This document shows positions 10,514 to 21,580 of a stretch of DNA of 64,000 nucleotides, piece by piece (the stretch's first letter is position 1; every line of letters begins with the position of its first letter). A model generated the notes under the pieces. The model did not search any database. It was not told the origin of the DNA and worked only from the letters and a program-made list of their open reading frames with translations. This stretch comes from Sulfolobales archaeon HS-7 (lineage in GTDB: Archaea; Thermoproteota; Thermoprotei_A; Sulfolobales; Sulfolobaceae), in contig AP024596.1 in assembly GCA_019704295.1 (NCBI GenBank), forward strand, positions 1 to 64,000, read 5' to 3'. A program made the position numbers and the translations under genes.

Positions 10514-11485
10514 CTACTCTCCATACTTTAGCCTGTCAAGGAGCTTTATTCTCTTAGCTGAGTGAGGATGGTCGCTTAATATATCATCATACCAATGAAC
10601 TTTCATGTTTCTCCACTTCTCTATTAATTCCCTAGCGTCGTATTCGAATTGATCTTCCTCTGGGACAGGTGAGGCAAAATAAAGCATCTTCATCATCGAA
10701 TTTTGCTTTTTGGCAGCAATTGCCGATCTCTGGTTCATTGAAAGTTCTAATTTGGCTAAAGCGGTTTGCAGGTTTTCCGCGCCTCCTGGAACGGTCATGG
10801 CAGAATGGGCGTCTGCATAAGCCTCTCTCATCCTGTTTATTCCGAGAACTAGGAAGTTGAACAGAAAACTCACTACTAATAAGGCAATTCCGACCAAGAA
10901 CATGTACCCTCCGCTGTTATTTCTCCCTCCTCCTCCGCCAAACATTCCTCCCCAGAATAGGGAGTAACCTAGCCAGTAGATTACAGCTGGTAGAAGTCCT
11001 ATTGCCATAAGGAGTTCCACATCATGGTGTTTAAGGTGCCCTAATTCGTGTCCCAACACTGCCTTTATCTCCTCTGGTTTAAGGATCCTTAACAGAGGTA
11101 AGGTTATTGCGACCCTTTTACCCGCTATTGGACTACCGTAAGCGAACGCATTCGGAAAATTCACATTAGCTATGTAGACTTTTGGAGGAGACATATTGTT
11201 GTAAGAAGCCACTTCACTCACCAGGTTCACAAGCCACCCGTAATTCGGATCGTCAGGGGTAACTTCATGCGCCCTATACATAGCATTTATCATATATGGG
11301 CCGAAAAGCCATTGCACTATATTCAATATGAAAACGAGGATAAGTATACCGGTGATTACGAAGGGACCTATTGAAACACCGAAGAAGTACGTAGCTACAG
11401 CTAAGGCTAATGCAGCAGCTAATGCGATAGTTACTAGACTAAGCAACGCCATAGACAGCTTTAATTTAAGAATGGTGAGATTCAT
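10514..11485 (-). CDS. htpX: Zinc metalloprotease HtpX (M48)
   Basis: NAFAYG, HELGH, REAYAD, HP motifs; probable ATG at 11485 (ORF track 11557). Confidence 0.93.
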   Translation of the reverse strand: MNLTILKLKLSMALLSLVTIALAAALALAVATYFFGVSIGPFVITGILILVFILNIVQWLFGPYMINAMYRAHEVTPDDPNYGWLVNLVSEVASYNNMSPPKVYIANVNFPNAFAYGSPIAGKRVAITLPLLRILKPEEIKAVLGHELGHLKHHDVELLMAIGLLPAVIYWLGYSLFWGGMFGGGGGRNNSGGYMFLVGIALLVVSFLFNFLVLGINRMREAYADAHSAMTVPGGAENLQTALAKLELSMNQRSAIAAKKQNSMMKMLYFASPVPEEDQFEYDARELIEKWRNMKVHWYDDILSDHPHSAKRIKLLDRLKYGE

Positions 11486-11540
11486 AGACACCACAAAAAT
11501 ATTAAATCTCAAAGAGGTTAAAAATATTATGCAATGAACC

Positions 11541-12473
11541 TTGAGGAGAGAATTCATACCGCTCTATGGCGCCATTAACAGGGTGGCATATTTTTCAACG
11601 CTTGCGATCTTGCCAGTTTCGTTCCATTCCCCCATACTTTACTCTATGGCCTATTTACTTCAGGCGTTGGGGAGTCTTCTGGGCTTCATGGCATTTAATA
11701 CCCTTAAGAGAAAAATACTTTACATATCCGCGTTAGTCACGGCTCTAGGTGTAATTTACATTCCCTACACCTTACCTCTAGTCTCATTCGGACTTGGATT
11801 AGTAAGTCCTATTTTAGTACCCGTTGCGGTAGAGAAAGGGGTAAACAGATCCCTTTACGTAGCCTTTTCGTTGGGAATAGGTATTTCGGCCTTCTCCCTA
11901 AGCAGAATCGCCGTCATTCTTTTCGCACTGCTCGCAGGAGTTTTAGTGCTCTTTTTACCCACTCCCTCGAGGGGTACCGGAGGAATTCAGAGCATCAGGA
12001 TTACTAGAGCCGTTCTTTTCTGGATATTCGTAGATATGGGAATTGCCGGGATGTTTTCCTTAATCCTCAATCTATCTAGTTCGATCTTGGCTGGAGCGGT
12101 ATCGATATTTTACATCGTAATGGCTTTCTCTAGAACCCTTCTCAAAATTGACATGCGGGTTGTTTCAATTCTCACCGTAGGGACTTTCCCCATGCTCTTC
12201 TTAGTTAACATGTGGGAAGTAAAGGTTATCGCCCTTACGACCTTCGCGGTTTTCTACGCGCATTTCCATCCCCAACTAGCTCAAATAGCTTATAACACGT
12301 CAGGGGACCCCATTTTTAACGTAAACGCAGTTTTCACAGGTGATACTGTAAGTAACGTTCTCTTTCCGATAACGGCGGAGAACTTTGAATTTCAAACCGT
12401 CATTGCGGTAGAGTTAATATCGATAATTGGTGCGTACTTCCTGAGTAAGGCAAGGGAGCTGGAAGTTAAATGA
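11541..12473 (+). CDS. Polytopic membrane protein, possibly MFS-like
   Basis: 310 aa, about 10-12 short TM segments. Confidence 0.55.
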   Translation: MRREFIPLYGAINRVAYFSTLAILPVSFHSPILYSMAYLLQALGSLLGFMAFNTLKRKILYISALVTALGVIYIPYTLPLVSFGLGLVSPILVPVAVEKGVNRSLYVAFSLGIGISAFSLSRIAVILFALLAGVLVLFLPTPSRGTGGIQSIRITRAVLFWIFVDMGIAGMFSLILNLSSSILAGAVSIFYIVMAFSRTLLKIDMRVVSILTVGTFPMLFLVNMWEVKVIALTTFAVFYAHFHPQLAQIAYNTSGDPIFNVNAVFTGDTVSNVLFPITAENFEFQTVIAVELISIIGAYFLSKARELEVK

Positions 12474-13957
12474 AGAAAATCGACAAGAACAGCCTGACCT
12501 TTGTAGGTATATCGAATTTCCTCCTCAGATTCTCGACTTCACCCTTATCGTTTCTATTCTCAGTTTTCGTGGCAAAAGTGCTCTCTGCTCCAATTGAGGG
12601 AAAGCTAATATTTGGAAGTTGGCAGTTAATATATGTTACCGCGACGGGTTATTTTGCAGTTTACGGAGACACGCTCTCTGTAATAACGTCTAGATACGCT
12701 GCTGAGGGGAGAAAAGTAGGTGGAATATTCTTAATAAACCTGGGGATAGGTGCTGCTGCCTCCTTAATTTACTCCGCAATCGTGCCTTTTCTAATGCATG
12801 CTAGTGGTTACTACGAACCCATCTACTTTTATTCAGGCGTGATAATGATATTTTCGTATTATGCCTGGCGGTCCGTCAACGCCATTTCAACTGGGAGAAC
12901 ACCTTTTGAGGTGGGGGTTGGTAATGCGATTTTCCAGGTGGCCAGGATAGTAGCTGGAGTGGTACTTCTCTTATTCCTCCATCAGCTAATACTAGGTGTA
13001 GTTTTGGCATACGCTATAGGTTATGCGTCTCAATCCGTTTACAACCTATTTTACGTAAAGAGTTCCCTTATACTTGATCTCAAAATAGCTTGGGAGGCAA
13101 TGCGGAAATCCGTTATATTCATCGGGGATTACAGTCAGATAATGATAGAAAACGGAGTTTCCTTATTTGCCACGTTCTTACTCACATCGATACCGAATTC
13201 CTATTTTGAATCCGCGCTAATTATAGCGAACATAGCATCATATGCAATTACCTCATATACAGGACTTGTAAATAAGTTAGTTACCGAGGGCAATCCCTCT
13301 CAGATCGTATTTCAATCTTTGAGATTATATGCGTTAACGGGAGGACTAGCTTTAGCGATAATTGGAGGAGGAGGTTACGAAATTCTCAGGTATTTAAGAC
13401 CGGATTACGTCGAGGCAGTATACGGGATGCTAATTCTCGCAGCTGCATATTACCTTAAGGGAATATTCAGGCTGTTTTACTTTAGTATAACTGTCCTCGA
13501 TGAAAAGTTAGGAGTGGGTTCCAGGGAAGAACTTAGGGGACTTACGGCTTTGACCGTAAAGAATAACCTTATGTTAACACTGCTCGGCACTGGAATTAGC
13601 TTTGGTGTAATGTACGTGATGTTCAGACTCTATCCTATCACTATGCCTAATTTCTACGCGTTATTTACCGTCACAATGAGTATAGGGATACTACTAAACG
13701 CGATAGGAACTTCACTAAATTCTAGGAATATCTTGAGGAAGAGGATATCCTTTAATTTCCCCAAAAGGGAGTTTGCCTTTTCGTTACTTTCGGCAGTTTT
13801 GGCCTCTGTAATTACCTTTTCCTTAATCAAGGAACCTAAGTTGCTTTACGTAGCCTTAAGCGTAATTACATCCGCGGTAATCTACCTTGTTTTTGTATAT
13901 CTTACCATACCTTACGTGAGGCACATTGTATCCAGAACTTTGCGACTCCTTACGTAA
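12470..13957 (+). CDS. MOP/Wzx-like flippase (polysaccharide biosynthesis transporter)
   Basis: About 14 TM segments; FGSWQLI...ITSRYAAE pattern. Confidence 0.65.
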   Translation: MKKIDKNSLTFVGISNFLLRFSTSPLSFLFSVFVAKVLSAPIEGKLIFGSWQLIYVTATGYFAVYGDTLSVITSRYAAEGRKVGGIFLINLGIGAAASLIYSAIVPFLMHASGYYEPIYFYSGVIMIFSYYAWRSVNAISTGRTPFEVGVGNAIFQVARIVAGVVLLLFLHQLILGVVLAYAIGYASQSVYNLFYVKSSLILDLKIAWEAMRKSVIFIGDYSQIMIENGVSLFATFLLTSIPNSYFESALIIANIASYAITSYTGLVNKLVTEGNPSQIVFQSLRLYALTGGLALAIIGGGGYEILRYLRPDYVEAVYGMLILAAAYYLKGIFRLFYFSITVLDEKLGVGSREELRGLTALTVKNNLMLTLLGTGISFGVMYVMFRLYPITMPNFYALFTVTMSIGILLNAIGTSLNSRNILRKRISFNFPKREFAFSLLSAVLASVITFSLIKEPKLLYVALSVITSAVIYLVFVYLTIPYVRHIVSRTLRLLT

Positions 13958-15157
13958 TCATTGAGTCGAAGTTTTGTCAGGTTCAGGGGTTGAGGGAGGA
14001 ATAGCATTCCGGGTTTTTACGTAACGTTGATAGAGAATTTGTGCGACTCTGAAAACTCCTGGGGCAAGTGAAGCGTCAATAACTGGGGAGAAATCGGTAA
14101 CGTAAAAGCTGAAAAGGGTGTGATTTCCGAGAACGTAAACCATCACGAAACCGAACCACTCAATCCAAGCCCATGAGAAAGTAAATAGAAGCGTTTTCTC
14201 CTTAAACAGTATGAAGAAGACGGTTAAAACTACCGCAAGAATTAGGACTACGGGATCGGTGTTGGCGAAAAAACTGTAACCTAAGTAGAAAGGATGAATA
14301 TTAAGAAACCATCCCCAGGGAGTGGATATCTGGGACGTAGCTGAAAGCGTTATGTGACCGTTTTCCGCGTCCCATGTTGCCTCATGTAATACCACGTGTT
14401 GAAACCACGAGAAGAACCCTCCGTAATACCACATTATGGGAAGGGATAACGCAAGATACGTCGCTAAAGGCAGGAGGATTCCGTAATAAACCCTCATGAC
14501 AAGGGTCTTGTATATGTCCCCAATGAACCAGAGAAAAGGAAAGATTAGCATGTAGGCTGATTCCTTTGAGGCGAAGGCAAGGCCTAGAGTTATGGCACTA
14601 ACGGTGTAATTTCCGGAGATCAGGAAGTATAGCGAAAGCATACCGAAGAATCCAACATATATTTCAAGCATTGCGATTCCGTGCATGACCCATATATTAG
14701 GATCCACTGCAATGAGGACGGTTGATAACAAACCTATAACCCATGAATACGCGTCATTCCCCGTTACTTTTTCGTAAAGTTTTTTTCCGAAAAAGTAACC
14801 TACTACGAGAAGGGCGTCTCCAAAAATCCAACTTGGGAGCCGCCATGCAAGAGGTCTGTAACCTAAGGCTAAGATAAAGAGGTCCATAAAGTACTTCCCT
14901 AGGGGTGGATGATCTGGATTTACGTAATTTGCAATTCCGTTTTCATTGGGATATCCAACGTACATATGAGGAGTAATATGGAAAATAAGTTTTAGGTAAT
15001 TATATGCTGCAGAGGGATACCACACCTCGTCAGCTATATACCCCTTTATAGGGAGGAACGTTATTACAGTGAAGTAAGTGTAGACTGCTAAGATCGCGGT
15101 TAACAGTAAATACGGCAAAAATTTATACTTCATAACGAAGGTTAAGATTGCTTTCAC
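13958..15157 (-). CDS. GT39/PMT-family (GT-C) glycosyltransferase
   Basis: DEVWY, HPPLGK, WRLPS, SKE motifs. Confidence 0.85.
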   Translation of the reverse strand: MKAILTFVMKYKFLPYLLLTAILAVYTYFTVITFLPIKGYIADEVWYPSAAYNYLKLIFHITPHMYVGYPNENGIANYVNPDHPPLGKYFMDLFILALGYRPLAWRLPSWIFGDALLVVGYFFGKKLYEKVTGNDAYSWVIGLLSTVLIAVDPNIWVMHGIAMLEIYVGFFGMLSLYFLISGNYTVSAITLGLAFASKESAYMLIFPFLWFIGDIYKTLVMRVYYGILLPLATYLALSLPIMWYYGGFFSWFQHVVLHEATWDAENGHITLSATSQISTPWGWFLNIHPFYLGYSFFANTDPVVLILAVVLTVFFILFKEKTLLFTFSWAWIEWFGFVMVYVLGNHTLFSFYVTDFSPVIDASLAPGVFRVAQILYQRYVKTRNAIPPSTPEPDKTSTQ

Positions 15158-15169
15158 ATATATTATTTT

Positions 15170-15949
15170 TCATAATTCATGGACGAGTTTAGATATCTTA
15201 GATGCGAGCAAAGGAGGTTCAGGGTTTTGCCATAGATTCCTTCCTACGGTTACTCCCATAGCCCCTGCCTTCAGCGCGTCCCTTATCATGCTTAGGAAAT
15301 CCTCTTCGGTGTTAGTTTTAGGTCCGCCTCTAATTACAATCGGCGAGAAGCTAACTTTGACTACCTCAGAGAAATCGTTCCTAGTATAATCTACCTTCAG
15401 AACGTCGGCCCCGAGTTCTGACGCAAGCCTCGCCACGTATTTCAACACTTCTGTTTCCTTGACGGAGTCTGGATTTTCCTTCGTAACCATTAGCGGTTCT
15501 ACAATGAAAGGAATACCGTAATCCTCAGCCTCTCTTCTTAGATTCGATATATTTGCTATGTTAATTCCCTCTATCTCGTCCTTTCCGTAACCAATAACTA
15601 GGTAAGTGACCACAGCATCCGCTCCATACCTGATGGCGTCTTTAACTGTATATCCAGCGATATGATATCCCTCGGCGAACTCCTTATGTTTTCTCCATAC
15701 GTTGGTGGTATCAAGCCTTGCTATAAGCAAAGGGGAATTTCTGGTAAGGAAATTGTCCTTTACTAGCTTAACAGTGGGGGGAGTCATCTGCAAAGCGTCA
15801 GGATCTCCTTTTATTACCCTGCTTACGGTTTCTTGCACATTCTCTATTCCTCTCATAGGTCCCATTACGACTCCGTGGTCAAGTGCTACAATGAACGCTC
15901 GTCGTCTTGAAAAGAGTTTTCCCAATCTAATTTCCTTTCCTATCATCAT
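15170..15949 (-). CDS. Class I aldolase, DhnA family
   Basis: ALDHG, ELGADVLK (Schiff-base Lys), RGGPK, GRNLWQ. Confidence 0.88.
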   Translation of the reverse strand: MMIGKEIRLGKLFSRRRAFIVALDHGVVMGPMRGIENVQETVSRVIKGDPDALQMTPPTVKLVKDNFLTRNSPLLIARLDTTNVWRKHKEFAEGYHIAGYTVKDAIRYGADAVVTYLVIGYGKDEIEGINIANISNLRREAEDYGIPFIVEPLMVTKENPDSVKETEVLKYVARLASELGADVLKVDYTRNDFSEVVKVSFSPIVIRGGPKTNTEEDFLSMIRDALKAGAMGVTVGRNLWQNPEPPLLASKISKLVHEL

Positions 15950-17822
15950 ATCGATTAACTAACTCTAAATTATATCTTCTGTGGAGTAGCTTAGGGAAAA
16001 ACCCAGCCCTAGAAATTACGTAATAAAGAAGATTAAGCAGATAAATTAAGGCGTTCATCAAAATAGACAGCAGGTTGTATGTCGACTGAGGGAAGTAAAT
16101 GAAAAATCCGTTATTTTTTTTCATCACCGAGTATCCAGAGTAAAATCGTGAGATTACCGACTTTGCGTTAACTCCTGTTATGAGAAGACCATTTACTTCT
16201 GGTTTAACTTCAAATGACTCAGTATAGTTAGGATTTTCTAGTATGTAAACTTCTCCACTGTAGTTTCGATAGATTACGAAGTGGGTAGCGTCAAGTACTT
16301 GATCAAGTGTAGGCATGAAGGAGGAGCCCGCCTCATCAATAAACGCAGTCCTGTTTATGTATAGTACGTATTCAAGATCTAGGTTGTCTGCACAACTGTC
16401 AAATTTAGTGTAGTTGCCATCTTCAAGGGCACAGCACAATGGGGAATTCGAGGGATATATCTCAAAAGATGGAGGAAAATTGTAAAACGGATTGGGCGGT
16501 GAGCCGGGCATATAGAAAGTCCTTCCGAACAGGGTGTAATTAGTTGGATCAAATTTGAATTGGATAACGAATTCTTGAGGTATAACCATTATCGTCCCAG
16601 AGGAGTTCTTCAATTGGACATAAGCGTTTTCAAACTGCTTCGGTATATGCACATCGCTCCACGCCGAGGAAAGGTATTGTATCATTACTGCACCGGTAAC
16701 GGAAGAGAGAACTATCATTAACGTTAGCGTTGTCCAGAGTGGAATTGAAGCTCTACCGAATCCTAGTATTTCACTTAAGGCTATTGCTATCCACATCGAT
16801 ATTAAGGGTTCGTACTCATACGGGCTTACGTTCATGAAAAAAGGAAACGTATGTTCCAATACGCTGTATACGCCGAGGTAATTGGAGCCATAACCCATTA
16901 TTGCCAATACCAGAATTAGAAAGATCAGTGAAAAATACTTATTCCTGCTAAAGGCAAAATAGAGGAGAATTACGGATAAAATTAAGTATCCCCAAAAGCT
17001 AATGAGGAACAGGCTCTTAGGAATGATTGTGTAATAAAGCTGTCCAGGAAAGGCTAACGTAGGCGGACTTAAAGGTTCTAGATAAGTAAGGGATTGTATT
17101 ATTGTATAGTTTCTAAAATGTTCTGGAACGCCAGGATTTACAAACAGGGAATGGACTGCGCTTGAGTAATTTAAGATGAGGTTAATATGGGAGATAGAAA
17201 ACGTTCCTAAAGCCAAAGGGAAGCTGTACAATCCCTTTAACTTATGTACATACAATTCGACGGCTATAATGGATGCCAAAAGTGAAAGTATGTATGGTCC
17301 GTAAGCCGAACTTAAAGTAAGGGGGATTAGGGATGAGAGAACAAGACTTAAACTACCCTTAACTCTTCCCTGAAGGTATAACCCCGTGAAGAGAGGTAAA
17401 CTCCATAGGTAGAGGGTTAAAGGGGCATCATTAACGTCGTTCAGGACTGCAGGCGTTAGTAAGCAGAGGACGGTTATTAGGAGGGCCTTATCAGTAAATC
17501 GTGAGGACAGGTAAAAAAGGCCGTACGAGAAAACGTATAGGGCAAGGAAGGAAATTACGTTTGTAGAGAAGTTACCAAATACAATGTAAAACGATACTGA
17601 TAGAATTGTAATCCCTGGAGCAAACTCGTTGCCGAATGGATACGGAAATGAATAAGAGAAACCGGCGAGTTGTAAAAGAGGAGGAGGGACTTTTATGAAT
17701 TGGGGAGTAGTTGAGAAGTCGAAATGTGCAATATACGAGTTGAACAAAAGTTGGTGAAATAGAGCAAGGTCGACTACAAAGATGATAATGGGCGCTAATC
17801 TGTTTAGTAGTCTTAACTTCAC
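15927..17822 (-). CDS. Polytopic membrane protein, GT-C-like architecture
   Basis: 631 aa; multi-TM N-half, extracellular domain, C-terminal TM; same layout as 625-2994. Confidence 0.6.
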   Translation of the reverse strand: MKLRLLNRLAPIIIFVVDLALFHQLLFNSYIAHFDFSTTPQFIKVPPPLLQLAGFSYSFPYPFGNEFAPGITILSVSFYIVFGNFSTNVISFLALYVFSYGLFYLSSRFTDKALLITVLCLLTPAVLNDVNDAPLTLYLWSLPLFTGLYLQGRVKGSLSLVLSSLIPLTLSSAYGPYILSLLASIIAVELYVHKLKGLYSFPLALGTFSISHINLILNYSSAVHSLFVNPGVPEHFRNYTIIQSLTYLEPLSPPTLAFPGQLYYTIIPKSLFLISFWGYLILSVILLYFAFSRNKYFSLIFLILVLAIMGYGSNYLGVYSVLEHTFPFFMNVSPYEYEPLISMWIAIALSEILGFGRASIPLWTTLTLMIVLSSVTGAVMIQYLSSAWSDVHIPKQFENAYVQLKNSSGTIMVIPQEFVIQFKFDPTNYTLFGRTFYMPGSPPNPFYNFPPSFEIYPSNSPLCCALEDGNYTKFDSCADNLDLEYVLYINRTAFIDEAGSSFMPTLDQVLDATHFVIYRNYSGEVYILENPNYTESFEVKPEVNGLLITGVNAKSVISRFYSGYSVMKKNNGFFIYFPQSTYNLLSILMNALIYLLNLLYYVISRAGFFPKLLHRRYNLELVNRYDDRKGN

Positions 17823-17878
17823 TGGATTTATTAACGTGAGGTTTTGCTAAAATATTTGTTTGTAGTTAAATTACACAT

Positions 17879-18400
17879 ATGCAAGAGTTAAAGGCATTGA
17901 AGGAAGCAGCGGATTACTTTGTCGAGGCTATTGGAAGTTATAAGCTAATTCCTGAAATAAGAACCAACATTGTCTACGCGAGAGAGGGAGCCACTACAAC
18001 TGGAGACGTAGCCGGAATTCCAGGAAGGATTACAATCGCCTTTGGAAGAGCTTATTACTGTTTACCTCCTGCATATGGCGAATCAGATCACATGGCGCGT
18101 CTTGTTTTAAGCGTTATGCGATTCAATTCTAAAATGCGTTCCGGAATTAACGTAAGGTATAAAAAAGGTATTGAGGAGAAACTCGATGAGGTCTTCGTAT
18201 TCAACAGGGCAGAAGAAATAAGTAAAGAGGAGGGTCATACGATGAATTTTATTCCACAACTCATGATTAATAAGGTCGGGAGTATAAGAAGATACATTGT
18301 TGACCTAGGGGATTTCGGAAAGGAGCCATCACTCTTCATTTTAGGAGAGACGCCACTCGAGGTGGTTAAGAAATCACTGGAACTAATTGAATTCTTTTAA
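17879..18400 (+). CDS. thiN: Thiamine-phosphate synthase ThiN family
   Basis: LIPEIRTN, GIPGRI, SDHMAR, GKEP motifs. Confidence 0.85.
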   Translation: MQELKALKEAADYFVEAIGSYKLIPEIRTNIVYAREGATTTGDVAGIPGRITIAFGRAYYCLPPAYGESDHMARLVLSVMRFNSKMRSGINVRYKKGIEEKLDEVFVFNRAEEISKEEGHTMNFIPQLMINKVGSIRRYIVDLGDFGKEPSLFILGETPLEVVKKSLELIEFF

Positions 18401-18437
18401 TTTCTACTTAATTAGGGAGTAACAAGTTATTCACCAA

Positions 18438-18520
18438 GAGATGTAGACCAGAATTAATGATGTGAACGATGAATCACTTGGAAGGAAACGCTAACCCTTT
18501 TGGGATGGAGAGGAGGTCAG
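18438..18520 (+). mobile_element. Decayed tnpB 3'-end/right end of IS200/IS605 type
   Basis: Ends CCCTTTTGGGATGGAGAGGAGGTCAG, resembling 33483-33507 CCCTTTAGGGCGGGGAGGAAGTCAG. Confidence 0.55.
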
Positions 18521-18531
18521 ACTTAAGCATT

Positions 18532-19428
18532 TTACTTAGTAACTACAACTATCTCTCCTTTCCTATCTATCAATGTATGTTCGTGTTGGGATACTGTTCC
18601 TCCGTTAACCTCAAGGAGCACCGGATACGCTGTGAGAATACCTTTTTTTGCGAGATAGGAAAGCTTACCTCTGAGTTCGGTAACATTTAACTTATCAGCA
18701 AGCCATCTTTCATTAAAGGGTAATGTACTAAACCTCTCCTGAATAACAGTTATTAACTCCTCCTCTTCCTTTCCTATTTTTTTAACGTTGTTCGTCCTCA
18801 AGGAATATATAGTAACCTGTTTTCCCTCCTTTACTTCTCCTCTTCCTGTCGTTGCAAAGGGTTCTATTGCATATGTTTCGTCAGGCCTTATCTGATTAGG
18901 GTCCCTTTGGCTCACGTTCGGAATAAACACACCCGCATGTAATACGTATCGCCTTATTAGATGACCCCCTAGATTCCATATGGGCTTAAATCCCCTACTT
19001 TTAATCGTCCTTTCTATGACATGACCTAACTCGCCTACCCTAATTCCTGCCCTGAAGTTGGCAATTGCTGCCTCAAGAGCATCGAGAGACGCTAACCTCA
19101 ACTCATCGTACTTGTTAGACAACGAAACCGTGACGGCCGTGTCTACGACATATCCGTCTATATGCGCTCCTATATCTAGTTTCACGACAGATCCCTCCGG
19201 TATGATTTTCTCATCGTTAATTAACGGTGAGTAATGAGCCGCTTCGTCGTTGATGGACAGATTACACGGGAACGCAGGCTTAGCTCCCTTCGACAATATA
19301 GCCCTTTCCGCTTCCTCACAGACATCTAAAACTTTAGCCCCTGGTTTTATCAGACCTGCAGCGTAATTTCTCGCTTCGGAGGCGATTTTCCCTGCCTTAA
19401 TTACCTTTTCAAATTCATCGTCATCCAT
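18532..19428 (-). CDS. map: Methionine aminopeptidase type II
   Basis: [26 protein letters not shown] motifs; probable ATG 19428. Confidence 0.95.
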   Translation of the reverse strand: MDDDEFEKVIKAGKIASEARNYAAGLIKPGAKVLDVCEEAERAILSKGAKPAFPCNLSINDEAAHYSPLINDEKIIPEGSVVKLDIGAHIDGYVVDTAVTVSLSNKYDELRLASLDALEAAIANFRAGIRVGELGHVIERTIKSRGFKPIWNLGGHLIRRYVLHAGVFIPNVSQRDPNQIRPDETYAIEPFATTGRGEVKEGKQVTIYSLRTNNVKKIGKEEEELITVIQERFSTLPFNERWLADKLNVTELRGKLSYLAKKGILTAYPVLLEVNGGTVSQHEHTLIDRKGEIVVVTK

Positions 19429-19481
19429 ATAATGTCTAATGCGTGCCAAAGTTAAATATTTCAAGTGTAAATAATTGCCAC

Positions 19482-20168
19482 ATGGCAACTCTTAAGTGGT
19501 TAGGTCACGCATGTGTAGAAGTAAATATAGCAGGGAAGAGAATTATAATAGATCCCTTCGTATCAGATAATCCGTCCTCATCAGTAAAACTTGATGAACT
19601 CCTGAAGCAGGAACCGGACGTTATTGCAGTAACTCATGACCATTATGACCATATGGGAGACGCTCCTGCTATTCTAAAGTCGACGAGCAAAACTAAGCTA
19701 TTTGCTGCTTTCGACCTGTCGAACTACATCATCACTCAAGCTGGAGTTAATGAGGATAGGGTGATCGCAGGGAACGTTGGAGGATATGTGAACTACGAAG
19801 GAGTAAAGCTGGCTCTGACGAAGGCCGTACACACGAGTGAGCACAGCGATCCTACTGGGGTAATAGTAAGTGGAGAGGGAATAACGCTTTACCATGCAGG
19901 AGATACTGGGTTATTTTCTGACATGGAGTTAATAGGTAAAGTGTTCTCTCCAGACTACGTAATGGTCCCGATTGGCGGGACTTACACCATGGACGTAGAT
20001 CAGGCGGTAATGGCTGTTGAGATGCTTAAACCGAGGAGAGCTGCAATACCCATTCATTACAATACGTGGCCACCGATATCCGCTAATCCTGATGAATTCG
20101 TAAATAAAGTAAAAACTAAGGGGTATAAAGCGATAATCCTTAAACCCGGCGAAACGATACCCCTGTGA
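19482..20168 (+). CDS. MBL-fold metal-dependent hydrolase (UPF0173)
   Basis: WLGHA, THDHYDH, YHAGDT, PIHY motifs; probable ATG 19482. Confidence 0.92.
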   Translation: MATLKWLGHACVEVNIAGKRIIIDPFVSDNPSSSVKLDELLKQEPDVIAVTHDHYDHMGDAPAILKSTSKTKLFAAFDLSNYIITQAGVNEDRVIAGNVGGYVNYEGVKLALTKAVHTSEHSDPTGVIVSGEGITLYHAGDTGLFSDMELIGKVFSPDYVMVPIGGTYTMDVDQAVMAVEMLKPRRAAIPIHYNTWPPISANPDEFVNKVKTKGYKAIILKPGETIPL

Positions 20169-21580
20169 TATTAATGCTCTCTGAATCGGAGAGGAAGGTT
20201 CTAGCTTTCCTTTCACAAAGGCAAAGGGCTTCCATAGAGGAGATAGCGGAAGGGACAGGAATTGATAAAAACGGAGTAAACAGTATAGTGGAACTTCTCC
20301 ACTCTAAGGGTCTCATTGACATATCAACAACAGACAAGGTTAGATACGAGTTAACTGAGGAAGGAAAGGAGAGATTAGAGAGAGGTCTTCCAGAGGAGAG
20401 GTTAGTTCAAATGGGCGAGGTTGACATGGAAGTTGCTAGAAAGGAGTTAGGGAAGGACTTTGATATAGCCATTTCCTGGGGAAAAAGAAAGGGAATGATT
20501 CAAATATCTCAAGGCAAAATAATTGTAGTAAGTAGTTCAAATCCAAGTAATGAAAGGGAGGAGCTAGGTAGGATTCTTAATGATCCCAATTACTTGCCTT
20601 CAGATGAGAGAACTTTGCTTTCTAGGGGATTGATTAGAAGGAAAGTAGAAAAGGAAAAGAAAGTCTCCATTACCGAAAAGGGAGTAGAGATACTTAAGGA
20701 GTTGATGGAGAAAAAGGTAATTACGAATCTTACCCACGAGGTAATTCTAAACGGTTTAGAAAACTACGTCTTAAGAGAGAAAAACGTTGAGGCAGAACCC
20801 CCAAAATTCCTCTTAGGAAAAAAGCACTTCTTTAGGGAATTCCTAAACGAGATAAGGGAGGTAATGCTTTCACTAGGATTTAACGAAGTTTACACAGGAT
20901 ATATAGAATCTGAATTCTACAATTTCGACGTCTTGTTTCAACCTCAAGACCATCCAGCTAGGGAAATACATGATAGTTTTACGATATCCGGTTCTGCTAA
21001 AGTTGATCCGAAATTGGTGGAGATAGTGAGAGATTCCCATGAAACAATGTGGAGGTATAAGTGGTCTGAGGCAATTGCCTCTAGATTAGTGCTTAGAAGC
21101 CAGGCCACTGCAACTACGGCGAGAACGCTGGCGAGCGGAATAAAACTACCCGCTAGGTATTTTACCATAGGTAAGGTTTTTAGACCTGATGCAATAGACG
21201 CCACTCACTTGTTGGAATTCCATCAACTGGATGGATTTATTGTGGAGAAGGATTTCAACTTTAGGAAATTACTTTCTCTCCTAAAGGAAATATTCAATAT
21301 GATAGGTATTAGGGAGGTTAGATTTAAGCCAGGGTACTTCCCATTTACTGAACCTAGTGTAGAGATATACGGTTATATTTCCGGCATAGGATGGACGGAG
21401 ATGGCAGGGGCTGGATTGCTTAGACCTGAGGTAATAAGGATTAGCGGTTTGGATGAGGTAGGAGGTGCGTGGGGGATAGGTCTGGATAGAATTGCGCTAA
21501 CGAGATTTGGATTGAAGGATATCAGACTCCTTTATACAAGAGACGTTGAGTTTCTTAGAAATATGACGGTGAGGATTTAG
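20165..21580 (+). CDS. pheS: Phenylalanine-tRNA ligase alpha subunit
   Basis: QDHPARE, FRPDAIDATHLLEFHQ, YFPFTEPS motifs. Confidence 0.97.
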   Translation: MILMLSESERKVLAFLSQRQRASIEEIAEGTGIDKNGVNSIVELLHSKGLIDISTTDKVRYELTEEGKERLERGLPEERLVQMGEVDMEVARKELGKDFDIAISWGKRKGMIQISQGKIIVVSSSNPSNEREELGRILNDPNYLPSDERTLLSRGLIRRKVEKEKKVSITEKGVEILKELMEKKVITNLTHEVILNGLENYVLREKNVEAEPPKFLLGKKHFFREFLNEIREVMLSLGFNEVYTGYIESEFYNFDVLFQPQDHPAREIHDSFTISGSAKVDPKLVEIVRDSHETMWRYKWSEAIASRLVLRSQATATTARTLASGIKLPARYFTIGKVFRPDAIDATHLLEFHQLDGFIVEKDFNFRKLLSLLKEIFNMIGIREVRFKPGYFPFTEPSVEIYGYISGIGWTEMAGAGLLRPEVIRISGLDEVGGAWGIGLDRIALTRFGLKDIRLLYTRDVEFLRNMTVRI

